Source: an uncultured Planctomycetota bacterium (lineage in GTDB: Bacteria > Planctomycetota > PLA2 > JAEUHO01). Taken from it: a DNA stretch of 64,000 nt. Of the stretch, positions 1-8,757 are shown one piece after another (the first letter of the stretch is position 1; each line of letters begins with the position of its first letter). The notes beneath the pieces are model-generated. The model saw only the letters and a program-made list of their open reading frames with translations, was not told the DNA's origin and searched no databases. The stretch lies in contig CAVVXN010000004.1 of the NCBI GenBank assembly GCA_963752285.1, positions 32,001 to 96,000 of the forward strand, read 5' to 3'. Both the position numbers and the translations under genes were made by a program.

Positions 1-766
1 CGTCCAGGACCCGCCGCCGGGCGGCGAATCCGCGGGTGTTCGAGAGGAAGTCGCCGTCCGAGCCGAGGAAGTCGGAGTCGATCGAGAGGACGACCGCGGC
101 CTCCTCGAAGTCCGGCACCCACACGCCGTCCCGCCCGTAGAGGGCCTTCCACGTCGAGCGGCGCGGGCCGTCGTGGATGCTCTCCCACACGACGTGCTGG
201 CCGCCGCGCACCGACGAGAGGAAGCGCTTCACCAGGTCCTGCTCGGTCGGACCCAGGGTCGAGCGCGTGACGAGGAGGACGGACGACGCCTCGCGTAGCG
301 CCTTCACCACCTCCTGGTCCGCCGCCTTCCACTCGACCCGCTTCCCCTGGCGCTCGGGCGCCGCGAGCCGGTCGGGGTCGTAGAGCGTCCACGTGGACGC
401 CTGCATCGACGACGTGCTCTTGCCGCGGCTCAGGGGATGCGTCGGGAGGCCTTCCACCTTCACGGGCCGGCCGTCCATCGCCTCGACCATCATTCCGTAC
501 GGCCAGAGGCCGTCCGTGTACGTGGTGGCGTACTCGAGGGACCGGCCGGGCCGCTCGTACTCGGGCATGTCGGACCGCGCCACGATGTGCCGCATCGGCT
601 TTCGTGTGCAGCCCGCGCCCATCGCCAGCAGCGACGTCGCCGAGAGGAACTTCAACGCGGTCCTCCGCGTGAGCTCGGTGTCCGCGGGAGGGCCCTGGCC
701 TTCCTCGCGGATGGTCAGCTGCGGCCGCGCCGTTCCAGGGCGGTCATCGGGAGACGGAGGCGTCAT
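1..766 (-). CDS. ActB/QrcB-like molybdopterin-oxidoreductase-family subunit of alternative complex III (5' part; runs off window start)
   Basis: Manual translation from ATG at 766: MTPPSPDDRPG...TRRTALKFLSATSLLAMGAGCTRKP (Tat-like RR signal plus lipobox Cys)...YATT...DGRPVKVEGLPTHP...QASTWTLYDPDR. Lies directly downstream of a pentaheme cytochrome c. Confidence 0.8.
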   Translation of the reverse strand, partial: MTPPSPDDRPGTARPQLTIREEGQGPPADTELTRRTALKFLSATSLLAMGAGCTRKPMRHIVARSDMPEYERPGRSLEYATTYTDGLWPYGMMVEAMDGRPVKVEGLPTHPLSRGKSTSSMQASTWTLYDPDRLAAPERQGKRVEWKAADQEVVKALREASSVLLVTRSTLGPTEQDLVKRFLSSVRGGQHVVWESIHDGPRRSTWKALYGRDGVWVPDFEEAAVVLSIDSDFLGSDGDFLSNTRGFAARRRVLD

Positions 767-854
767 CGCGTACGGATCCTCGACCGGGAGTGTTTCGGTT
801 CGAATGGCGTCGCGCGGGGGGAGCGGACCGGACGGTGGGTCGCTCCTTGGGGCG

Positions 855-1448
855 TCATCGGTGGCACGTGTAGCAGTGGATCGGCGCCCGCGTCTTCTGC
901 TCGGGCGGCGAGCCGGGCGGCGGCGGCTGCTTGTGGCAGTCGAGGCACCAGCCCATCTTCAAGGAGTGGACCCGGACGACCCGGTCCATCTTCTCGACCT
1001 CGCCGTGGCAGTCCACGCAGCTGAGGCCAGTCTTCGGGTTCAGGTGACGGCTGTGGTCGAAGTACACGAAGTCGGCGAGGTCGTGGACCTTTACCCACGG
1101 GATCGGCTCGTGCTTCGCGTCGTAGTCGAGGAGCTGCTGGACGTTCTCCTTGATCTCGCCGTTGGAGCCCTTGGGCTGGACCTCCTTGTGGCACTTCATG
1201 CACGTGGAAACCGGGGGGATGCCCGCGTGCGCGCCCTTCTCGGCGTTCGTGTGGCAGTAGAGACACGGGATCCGGTACTTCCCCGCCATCACCGAGTGCG
1301 GGAAGTACAGGGGCTGCGCGGGCTGGTAGCCCTCCTCCATGTTCGCCTGCCACAGCGCGTAGGTGCCGAAGGAGCCACCGAGGAGGAGCGAGAAGACGGC
1401 GGTGCCCAGGAAGACTTTGACCCGCCGATCGAACTTGCGCGTGAACAT
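855..1448 (-). CDS. actA: Membrane-anchored pentaheme cytochrome c (ActA/QrcA-like)
   Basis: MFTRKFD... with N-terminal TM helix, five CxxCH motifs (CLYCH, CMKCH, CVDCH, CLDCH, CYTCH) and the W-x-K-V-H-D-L-x-D-F-V-Y-F-x-H signature. Confidence 0.85.
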   Translation of the reverse strand: MFTRKFDRRVKVFLGTAVFSLLLGGSFGTYALWQANMEEGYQPAQPLYFPHSVMAGKYRIPCLYCHTNAEKGAHAGIPPVSTCMKCHKEVQPKGSNGEIKENVQQLLDYDAKHEPIPWVKVHDLADFVYFDHSRHLNPKTGLSCVDCHGEVEKMDRVVRVHSLKMGWCLDCHKQPPPPGSPPEQKTRAPIHCYTCHR

Positions 1449-1729
1449 GGTCGCTTGGTCCGCCTCCGCCCGGGGTGCGTGTCGGTCGGTCGGGGCGAGA
1501 GTCCCGGCCGCCCGAGGGTTGGTCCGCGAGCCCTGCCGCGAACGCGCCCCACGAGCCCACCTCGTCCGGTCCCTGCAACCGGAGTGCGGATGGTACGGGT
1601 CGAGGAGGGGCGCGAAACACGAGCCCCCCGTCCGACCGGCCGCGCCCGGTCGGGGGGGGCGCCGCCGACCTCGCCCCCGTCCCGGACGCGGCCCTCCGAG
1701 GACCCGCGGTCCGGTGCGAAACTCCACGA

Positions 1730-2107
1730 ATGCGCACGCTCCTCGCGACTCCGCTCCTCCTCCTGTCCCTCGCGCTCCTCCCCCTGGCGCTCCTCGCCGG
1801 GGGCCTCGGCGGCTGCTCCTCCCGATCGGACGGGCCCGGCGACGCGGCCTGGCACCCGAAGGGCGACCACCTCGAGGTGAGCGTCTGGAAGACGTACTGC
1901 GAGGGCTGCCAGATCGAGCTCGAGAAGGAGATCGGGAAGGTGGCGGGGGTGCGCGAGGTGCACGCGGACTGGAAGAAGGGGCTCGTCTCGATCGACCTCG
2001 TCGCCGGCACGGACCGCGCGGCGGTCCTCCCCGAGCTCCGCGAGGCGGTCCACCGGTGCGGGAAGCGCGTGGTGGGGGAGGAAGAGATCCCCAAGACCGA
2101 GGGCTAG
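1730..2107 (+). CDS. Heavy-metal-associated (HMA-like) domain lipoprotein
   Basis: Hydrophobic signal ending LGG-C; YCEGC CxxC motif followed by IEKEIGKVAGV-type ferredoxin-like pattern. Confidence 0.6.
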   Translation: MRTLLATPLLLLSLALLPLALLAGGLGGCSSRSDGPGDAAWHPKGDHLEVSVWKTYCEGCQIELEKEIGKVAGVREVHADWKKGLVSIDLVAGTDRAAVLPELREAVHRCGKRVVGEEEIPKTEG

Positions 2108-2118
2108 CGCCCGTCGGC

Positions 2119-3213
2119 CTACACGACCTCGCGCAGGACCGCGCCCGACGCGAAGCCCGCGCCGAACGCGACGTCCAGCTCCAGGCGCGGGCGCGGGAGC
2201 GCCCCGTTTCGCGACGCGAGGTCCGCGTACGCCAGCGGGATCGAGGCCGCGGACGTGTTCCCGTAGCGGACGATCCCGTCCGCGTACACGCGCCCGGAGG
2301 GGACGCCGAGCCGCTTCGCCACCCGCTCGATGATCCTCAGGTTCGCCTGGTGGGGGATCACGAGGTCCACGTCGCCGATCCCGTACCGGCGACCCGTCGC
2401 GGCCTCGGCCCGGTCGAGCACGGCACGGACCTCGAAGACCATCGCGTCCACCGCGGCCTGGAACACGCGCCGCCCGTCCATGCGCAGGACCTGGACCGCG
2501 CGCCGGCCGCGGCCGGGCCCGTCGAGCGGCCGCGGGCCGTCCGGTCCCGCCTCGGTGTAGAGGAGGTCGCCGTGTCGCCCGTCCGCGCCGGTGTGCGCGG
2601 CGAGGATCCCGCCCGCCGCCACGTCGCCGAGGACCACGGCGCCGGCTCCGTCCCCGAAGAGGACGCACGTGGAGCGGTCGGTCCAGTCGGCGATGTGCGA
2701 GAGCGCGTCGGCCCCGACCACGAGCGCCGCGCGGCCCTCACCGTAGCGGTGCCGCTCGAGCCACATACGGCTCCACACGTCCTCGATCGCGTACACGAAG
2801 CCCGCGCAGCCCGCCTCCACGTCCGCCGCGGCCGAGCCCGCGATCCCGAGGGCGCGCTGCACCTGCGACGCCAGGCTCGGGAGCCGGTTCCACGTGCACG
2901 TGGCCACCCGGACCTCGCCCACGTCCTTCGGAGCCACGCCCGCCGCCGCGAGCGCCTGGCGGGAGGCCTCGACCGCCATCCCGAGGATGCTCTCGTCCTC
3001 GCCGAGTACCCGGCGCGACCGGATGCCCGTGCGCCGGCGCACCCAGGCGTCGTCCGACGGCACGAAGCGCGCGAGGTCGGCGTTGCTCCAGGCCGTCGCC
3101 GGGAGGCAGGCGCCCGTGCCGAGGATGCCGATCCGGAACGCGCCGGCCGCGCCGCTGCGGGCGGGACGGGCGGGTCGGACCGCGACCCGGTCGCTCTTGC
3201 CCCGAGAGACCAT
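2119..3213 (-). CDS. fabH: 3-oxoacyl-ACP synthase III
   Basis: GILGTG, RTGIRSRR, AGCAGF (catalytic Cys), HQAN, GNTSAASIP, FGAG motifs; start at ATG 3213 chosen. Confidence 0.9.
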   Translation of the reverse strand: MVSRGKSDRVAVRPARPARSGAAGAFRIGILGTGACLPATAWSNADLARFVPSDDAWVRRRTGIRSRRVLGEDESILGMAVEASRQALAAAGVAPKDVGEVRVATCTWNRLPSLASQVQRALGIAGSAAADVEAGCAGFVYAIEDVWSRMWLERHRYGEGRAALVVGADALSHIADWTDRSTCVLFGDGAGAVVLGDVAAGGILAAHTGADGRHGDLLYTEAGPDGPRPLDGPGRGRRAVQVLRMDGRRVFQAAVDAMVFEVRAVLDRAEAATGRRYGIGDVDLVIPHQANLRIIERVAKRLGVPSGRVYADGIVRYGNTSAASIPLAYADLASRNGALPRPRLELDVAFGAGFASGAVLREVV

Positions 3214-3307
3214 GGGGGGATTCTCTCCGAAGGGGGGGCCACGAAGGCCGGCCCGGTCGCGACCGGACGCGTTCGGCCGACGCCCCCCCCGGGTAACCTC
3301 GGTCGGC

Positions 3308-4783
3308 GTGGAGCACCACCTGAGCACGCTCGGGGGCGCCTTGAACGTCCTCGTTCGCGAGGTCTTCGACGAGCTCGACCCGCAGCTCGAGGCCACGGCG
3401 CTCCTCGCCGCCCTCCCCGGGGACGAGGACGCGGGGCCCTCGTACCTGGTGACGTCCGGCGCGACGACGCGCGACCCCGAGGTCCTTCGCCCGCTCGCCG
3501 GCGCCGACGGGGCGGAGCCCGAAGGCGGGTCGGTGGTCCCGGGCGACGGGCCCGCGCGCGAGTGGGTCGCGGCCGACCGGCTGCGGCGCACGGTCGAGGA
3601 GGGGCTGCGGCGCGGCGAGGGTCCGGACGCGCTCCAGACGTTCGTCGGCGCGCCGCGCGGCCTCGGCCCGTACCTCGTCGCGCCCGCGCTCGAGCTCAAG
3701 GCCGGCATCTACCAGGCGTACTACGCGCTCCGCCGGCGGCAGGGCGAGGACGGGGCGCCGCTCGCGTCGTCGCTCCTCGACGCGGCGGTCACGGAAACGC
3801 TCCAGGCGGCCTCCGCGGCGATCTCCGACTACCGCCCGCGCGCCGACGAGTCCACCTCCGCGACCGCCGACGAGATCCTGCGCGCGGCGGGCCGCCGCCT
3901 CATGTGCGTTCCCGCGCACGCCGCGGGCTGCGTGGACGCGTCGCGGTTCTTCCAGGCGTGCGACCTGATCGCGAGCATGCGCTACGAGGGCGGCGAGGGC
4001 CACGGCCGCCTGATCGTCGCCGCGCGCGGCCACCCCGACGTCGAGGTCGTGCTGGAGTTCCACCAGCCGATCGACCTCGAGGACCGTCGCGGCGTGCGCA
4101 AGGTGCTCGAGCTCACCGGCGGCGACCTCTGCCTCCTGACGGACGCCGCGCGCGTGTTCGGGCTCGGGCGCACGACGGGTGCGTACGAGCGGCACGCGGA
4201 GAGCCTCTTCGAGGTCGAGGTGCTGGGGCACGCCACGTGGGAGCTCTCGCACGCCGATGCCGTCCTGATGCGGGTGCAGAACGGGCGCCCGCGCCTCGCG
4301 CGGAGCGAGATCGACGAGGACGAGTTTCGTGGGGGCCTCTCGCGGGCCTTCGGGCACGTCGAGCCGCGGCGCTTCGAGCGCCTGCTCGCGATCGCGATCC
4401 TGGCGATCCACCAGCGCCGCGGGACGACGGTGGTCGTGTCGGACGGCGCCCAGGCGGAGGCGCTCCGCCTCGGGAGCCAGGCCCTCAGGATCCGGCCCGT
4501 GCCGCTCTCGCCCGACACCGTCCCGCTCGTCACGGGCATCGACGGCGCCGTGCTCGTCGATCCCGAGGGCGTCTGCCACGCGATCGGCGTGATCCTCGAC
4601 GGCCGCGCGTCGCGCCGCGGCGACCCCGCCCGGGGCGCACGCTTCAACTCCGCCGTGCGGTACGTGGACGGGAGCGAGCACCGCGCGCTCGCCATCGTGA
4701 TCTCGGAGGAGGGCGGCGTGGACCTCATCGGTCCCGCCGTCGCGGCGCGGGCCCCGCCCGCCGCGAGCCCGGACACGGCGTGA
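3308..4783 (+). CDS. DisA_N/diadenylate-cyclase-like domain protein with long N-terminal (putative sensor) region
   Basis: C-terminal HQRRGTTVVV...IDGAVLVD...GVILDG...RGARFNSA...VISEEG pattern typical of divergent DAC domains; start uncertain (GTG 3308). Confidence 0.7.
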   Translation: MEHHLSTLGGALNVLVREVFDELDPQLEATALLAALPGDEDAGPSYLVTSGATTRDPEVLRPLAGADGAEPEGGSVVPGDGPAREWVAADRLRRTVEEGLRRGEGPDALQTFVGAPRGLGPYLVAPALELKAGIYQAYYALRRRQGEDGAPLASSLLDAAVTETLQAASAAISDYRPRADESTSATADEILRAAGRRLMCVPAHAAGCVDASRFFQACDLIASMRYEGGEGHGRLIVAARGHPDVEVVLEFHQPIDLEDRRGVRKVLELTGGDLCLLTDAARVFGLGRTTGAYERHAESLFEVEVLGHATWELSHADAVLMRVQNGRPRLARSEIDEDEFRGGLSRAFGHVEPRRFERLLAIAILAIHQRRGTTVVVSDGAQAEALRLGSQALRIRPVPLSPDTVPLVTGIDGAVLVDPEGVCHAIGVILDGRASRRGDPARGARFNSAVRYVDGSEHRALAIVISEEGGVDLIGPAVAARAPPAASPDTA

Positions 4784-4897
4784 CGCTCGGGGGGACGCTC
4801 CTGGACCTCGCGGACGGGGCCCGCTTCGCGATCAGGCTCGCGCCCGCGGGCGGCGGAACGCCGCGCCGCGGGCACGGCCGCGCGCAGGACGGGGTTC

Positions 4898-5950
4898 CTA
4901 CCCGTTCGCGTGCGGACAGGAGGGGCAACCGCCCTCCTTCTTCGCCGGCCTGTCCGAGGGGCACGCACCGCCGGGGCAGCCACCCGAGTTCGGGCAGCCC
5001 CCCGACTTCGGGCAGTCGCCCGACTTCGGGCAGTCGCCGCAACCGCCGCCGTCGCCGCAGTGCCCGCCGCAGTGTCCGTCGCAGTGCCCGGCGCAGCCGC
5101 CGCACGCCCCGTCGCAGCCGCCGGCGCAGGGGCAGCCCGCGCACGCGGCCTCGGCGCGCTTCGCGGCGGTCGCCATCACCTTCTCGAAGCCGTCCGTGCC
5201 GACGAGCTTGGCGAAGTCGGGGCTCGCCTTCGTGCGGGCGAGGAGCGAGGCGAGGGCGCGGGGCGGGCAGGCCTGGAAGGCCGTTTCGAGCGTGCCGTTC
5301 GCCGCGACCCCGTCGCCGAGCCGCGCGTGCACGCGCGCGAGCTCGTAGCCGAGCGCGACGTCCTTCGCGTCCGTCTCGGGGAGCGTCGCGAGGTCCGCCT
5401 TCACCGCGTCCGACTTCCCGAGCCGTGCCCACGCGAGGTCCAGCTCCACCCGGACGGACGTGTCCTTCTGGCCCTCGCGAAGGCCGTCGAGGAAGGCCGC
5501 GGCCTCCTGGTCCTTCCCCATCTCGAGCAGCGTGTCGCCCACGAACGCGGCCGTGGACGCGGTGTCGGCCTTCTCGAAGGCGGCGCGGTCGAGCGCGAGC
5601 GCGTTGTTCCAGAGCTTCGCGTGGTGATAGAAGCCGTGGAGCTGGCCCACCTCGTTCTGCCAGGCGCAGCTCGGCTCGTCGTCCCGGACGGCCTTCTCCA
5701 GGTCGAGGACGTGGCCGAGCATCTTCGCCTGCCGCGTGATCGCGGCGTCGTCCGGATGGGCGGCGGCGAGGGCCACGTACGCGTCGTGCGCCTCGACGAT
5801 CTTGCCCTGTTCGAAGAGCGCGCGCGCCTGGGCGGCCGGGTCGGTCGGCGGCGGCGAGGCCGTGTCGGCGGCGAGCAGGCTCCGGGCGCCGAGGCCCACG
5901 GCGAGCACGGCGACGAGCGCAGCGGCGAGAACGGCGAGGCGTCGGGACAT
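4898..5950 (-). CDS. Secreted helical (TPR-like) protein with Cys-rich C-terminal tail
   Basis: Signal peptide MSRRLAVLAAALVAVLAV..., alpha-helical repeats, 17 Cys in the last ~80 aa; GGAGG RBS upstream. Confidence 0.7.
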   Translation of the reverse strand: MSRRLAVLAAALVAVLAVGLGARSLLAADTASPPPTDPAAQARALFEQGKIVEAHDAYVALAAAHPDDAAITRQAKMLGHVLDLEKAVRDDEPSCAWQNEVGQLHGFYHHAKLWNNALALDRAAFEKADTASTAAFVGDTLLEMGKDQEAAAFLDGLREGQKDTSVRVELDLAWARLGKSDAVKADLATLPETDAKDVALGYELARVHARLGDGVAANGTLETAFQACPPRALASLLARTKASPDFAKLVGTDGFEKVMATAAKRAEAACAGCPCAGGCDGACGGCAGHCDGHCGGHCGDGGGCGDCPKSGDCPKSGGCPNSGGCPGGACPSDRPAKKEGGCPSCPHANG

Positions 5951-6061
5951 GGGGTCTCCTCCCTGGGTCTTGGACGGGTTCGGGACCGACGGAGTCTACG
6001 AGGGGAGGCGGCAGCCGACGTCACGACCGGGGGGACGTCGGCCCCGCCCCCCCTCGCGCCT

Positions 6062-6952
6062 ATGCTCCGCATCGTGAACGCCGATCCGGCCGATCCGTGC
6101 GATGTCGCCGCGGCGGCCCCCCGGGGGGACCCGACCGCGTGGGTGACCCACGTGGACACCCTCTTCGTCGTCGGCGCGCCCCGCAGCGGGACGACGTGGG
6201 TCCGGCGCCTGCTCCTCGACCTTCCGGGGGTCGTGGGCGGCGTCGAGTCCCACTTCTTCACCGCGCTCGGCCCGGCGCTCGTGAGCTACGACCTGACCGC
6301 GGCCTCCACACGTCGGATCGGACTCTCCCAGTACGTCCCGCGCGACGAGCTCGTGGGCGAGATCCGCCGGCTGTGGGGGCGCTGGATGGGCCCACTCGTG
6401 ACGGCCGCGCCGGACGCGCGCGTCCTCGTCGAGAAGACGCCCGGGCACGCGCTCCTCCTCGATCAGATCGTGGACGTCCTGCCCCGTTCGCGCTTCGTGC
6501 ACGTCGTTCGCGACGGACGGGCGGTCGTCGCGTCGCTCCTCGCGGCGGCCGAGGGGTGGGGGAAGGAGTGGGCGCCTCGTCGCACGCGGCACGCCGCGCG
6601 GCTCTGGGTGAAGCACGTCGAGGCCGCCCGCGCGGCGGGCGCCCGCCTCGGGCCCGAGCGGTATCTCGAGGTGCGCTACGAGTCGCTCCACGCCGACGCC
6701 GCGGCGCGGCTCCGGGAGATCGCGCGCTTCGCGGGGATCGAGGCCTCGGACGAGCAGGTCGCCCTGGCCGTCCGTCGCCACGACGCCGAGAACGTGCGCG
6801 CGGGGCAGGGGGGGGACGACTGGGCGGCCGAGCCGAAGGGGTTCCTCGGCGGGGCGACCCCGGAGGGCTGGCGTCGCCAGCTCACCTGGAGCCAGCGCGC
6901 GACCGTGTGGCGGCACGCGCGCCACGTGCTCCGGTCCCTGGGCTACCGGTGA
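6062..6952 (+). CDS. Sulfotransferase family protein
   Basis: PAPS-binding motifs GAPRSGTT, EKTP, RDGRAVVAS, RYE. Confidence 0.9.
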   Translation: MLRIVNADPADPCDVAAAAPRGDPTAWVTHVDTLFVVGAPRSGTTWVRRLLLDLPGVVGGVESHFFTALGPALVSYDLTAASTRRIGLSQYVPRDELVGEIRRLWGRWMGPLVTAAPDARVLVEKTPGHALLLDQIVDVLPRSRFVHVVRDGRAVVASLLAAAEGWGKEWAPRRTRHAARLWVKHVEAARAAGARLGPERYLEVRYESLHADAAARLREIARFAGIEASDEQVALAVRRHDAENVRAGQGGDDWAAEPKGFLGGATPEGWRRQLTWSQRATVWRHARHVLRSLGYR

Positions 6953-8757
6953 GCGCCGTGCCGAATCCCCGCGTCGGCGTTCCCAGACTCGTGCGTACCC
7001 GAATTCGCCTCGGCCTCCTCGTCGTCACCGGACTGCTCCTCGTTTCCGTGGACCTGTGGGCCGGGGACGAGCCCCCTTCGCCCGCGTCGCGGGTCTACGA
7101 CGTGGGCGCGCTCCTCGAGAGCCGGCCGGAAGGCGTGACGGGGCCGCTCGGGATCTTCCCGCGGGGCCAGGCGGCCGTGGAGCTGATCGACGAGGCGACG
7201 GGGACCGGGCTCTCGAACGGGGCCGTGCCGCCCGTCCCCTTCCTCGACGCGGCGACGCTCACCGAGCTCGTGCACACCTTCGTGACCGACCACGAGGGCT
7301 CGGCCTCGCTCGACGGGAGGTGGCTCCACGTCGAGGGACCGCCAGAGGTCCAGGCGCGCGCCGGGGCGTTCCTCGCCGGGCTCTGGCGTCTGGCGTCGCG
7401 GCGGGTGGACGTCGAAGCGGAGCTCCTCCGCGTGCCCGCGGAGGCGGTCGCGAAGCTCGACCCTGCGCTCCTCGCCGCCGTGCTCCGGGGGCGGCTCGAT
7501 CCCGACGAGGCGGCGGCGCTCCGCCGCGCCGCGAGCGCGCCGCGCCGCGGCACCGCCCGCGTGGCGCCGGGTCGCGTCGCGGTGGTCGGCGAGGTGGAAC
7601 GCGTCCGGTACGTCGCGGACTACAGCGTGGAGATCGCGCAGGCGTCGATCGTCGGGGACCCGGACGTCGAGGACCTCGATACCGGGTGGCGCGTCGAGGC
7701 GCGACCGCTTCCGCTCCTCGACGGGCGCGTGCTCTTGGAGGCCCACGTCGAGGCCGCGTCCCGCGACGGCCCGATGCGACGACTCGACCTCGGGGTCGCG
7801 CCCTTCGGAACGCTCGACATGCCGTCCTGCCGCGTCCTCCGCGCGTCGTGCCGCACGGTCACGGACGGCGTCGCGAGCCGCGTCCTCGCGCTCCGCGAGG
7901 CGTCCGGCGACCTGGTCGCGTTCCTCCTCCGCGCGACGCCGACGCCCGCCCCCGCCCCGACGACCGCGGGGTCCGCGCTGCCGTTCGATCGTCTGGACCT
8001 CCTCGCGCTCACGAGCGACCCGCGCGCGCTCGTCTTCGTGACCGTGCCCGACGACGGCTTCGCGCCGCGCCTCCTCTTGCGTGCGCCGGACCTCCTCGCG
8101 CCCGCGTCGGCGGACGGCCTCGCGTCGCGCCTCGAGGCGGCCGCGCCGGAGGCGTTCTCGGACGACGAGAGCGGCGTCGAGGCGCTGGGCGACGCCGTCT
8201 ACGTGCGCGGGAGCCCGGCGGCCCGCGCCGCGGCGCGCGCGCGCGCCCAGGAGCTCGAGGGGCGGGCGACGGGCGGCGCGCGGGTGACGCTCCGCCTCCG
8301 CGCCCGGAGCGCCGACGGCGCGCCCACGCTCCTCGCGGAGGCGGGCGCCGACCTCGCCGACGGGATCCCCGCGTCCCTCGTCCTCGGCCGCGAGCGCGCG
8401 TACCTCGCGGACTGGGACGTGGAGGTGGCGCAGGAGGCCCGGGTGGGCGACCCGATCGTGAAGACTCTCTTCGACGGCCTCGAGGTGGGCCTTCGCGCGA
8501 CCGCGACGCCGATCGAGGGAACGCACGCGCTGTCGCTCGAGCTGCGTTTCGTCACGGCATCGGACGCGCTCGCGGCCCGACCGACGGAGAACGAGTGCAC
8601 GGGCGACGTCGAGGTCCCCGACGCGCGGGAGGCGTTCGTCAGCGACGACCTCGTCCTGGAAGCGGGCCGGCCGACCGTGCGCGACGTAGGCACCCTCGCC
8701 GATGGCCGGCGACTGGAGCTCGAGATCGCGGTCACGCCGGAGCCGGAAGCACGTTGA
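6949..8757 (+). CDS. Secreted protein with two degenerate secretin-like (type II/III secretin C-terminal-like) domains
   Basis: Signal peptide; two internal repeats YVADYSVEIAQASIVGDP...GWRVEARP and YLADWDVEVAQEARVGDP...GLEVGLRAT; GTG start overlaps the upstream stop. Confidence 0.55.
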   Translation: MSAVPNPRVGVPRLVRTRIRLGLLVVTGLLLVSVDLWAGDEPPSPASRVYDVGALLESRPEGVTGPLGIFPRGQAAVELIDEATGTGLSNGAVPPVPFLDAATLTELVHTFVTDHEGSASLDGRWLHVEGPPEVQARAGAFLAGLWRLASRRVDVEAELLRVPAEAVAKLDPALLAAVLRGRLDPDEAAALRRAASAPRRGTARVAPGRVAVVGEVERVRYVADYSVEIAQASIVGDPDVEDLDTGWRVEARPLPLLDGRVLLEAHVEAASRDGPMRRLDLGVAPFGTLDMPSCRVLRASCRTVTDGVASRVLALREASGDLVAFLLRATPTPAPAPTTAGSALPFDRLDLLALTSDPRALVFVTVPDDGFAPRLLLRAPDLLAPASADGLASRLEAAAPEAFSDDESGVEALGDAVYVRGSPAARAAARARAQELEGRATGGARVTLRLRARSADGAPTLLAEAGADLADGIPASLVLGRERAYLADWDVEVAQEARVGDPIVKTLFDGLEVGLRATATPIEGTHALSLELRFVTASDALAARPTENECTGDVEVPDAREAFVSDDLVLEAGRPTVRDVGTLADGRRLELEIAVTPEPEAR

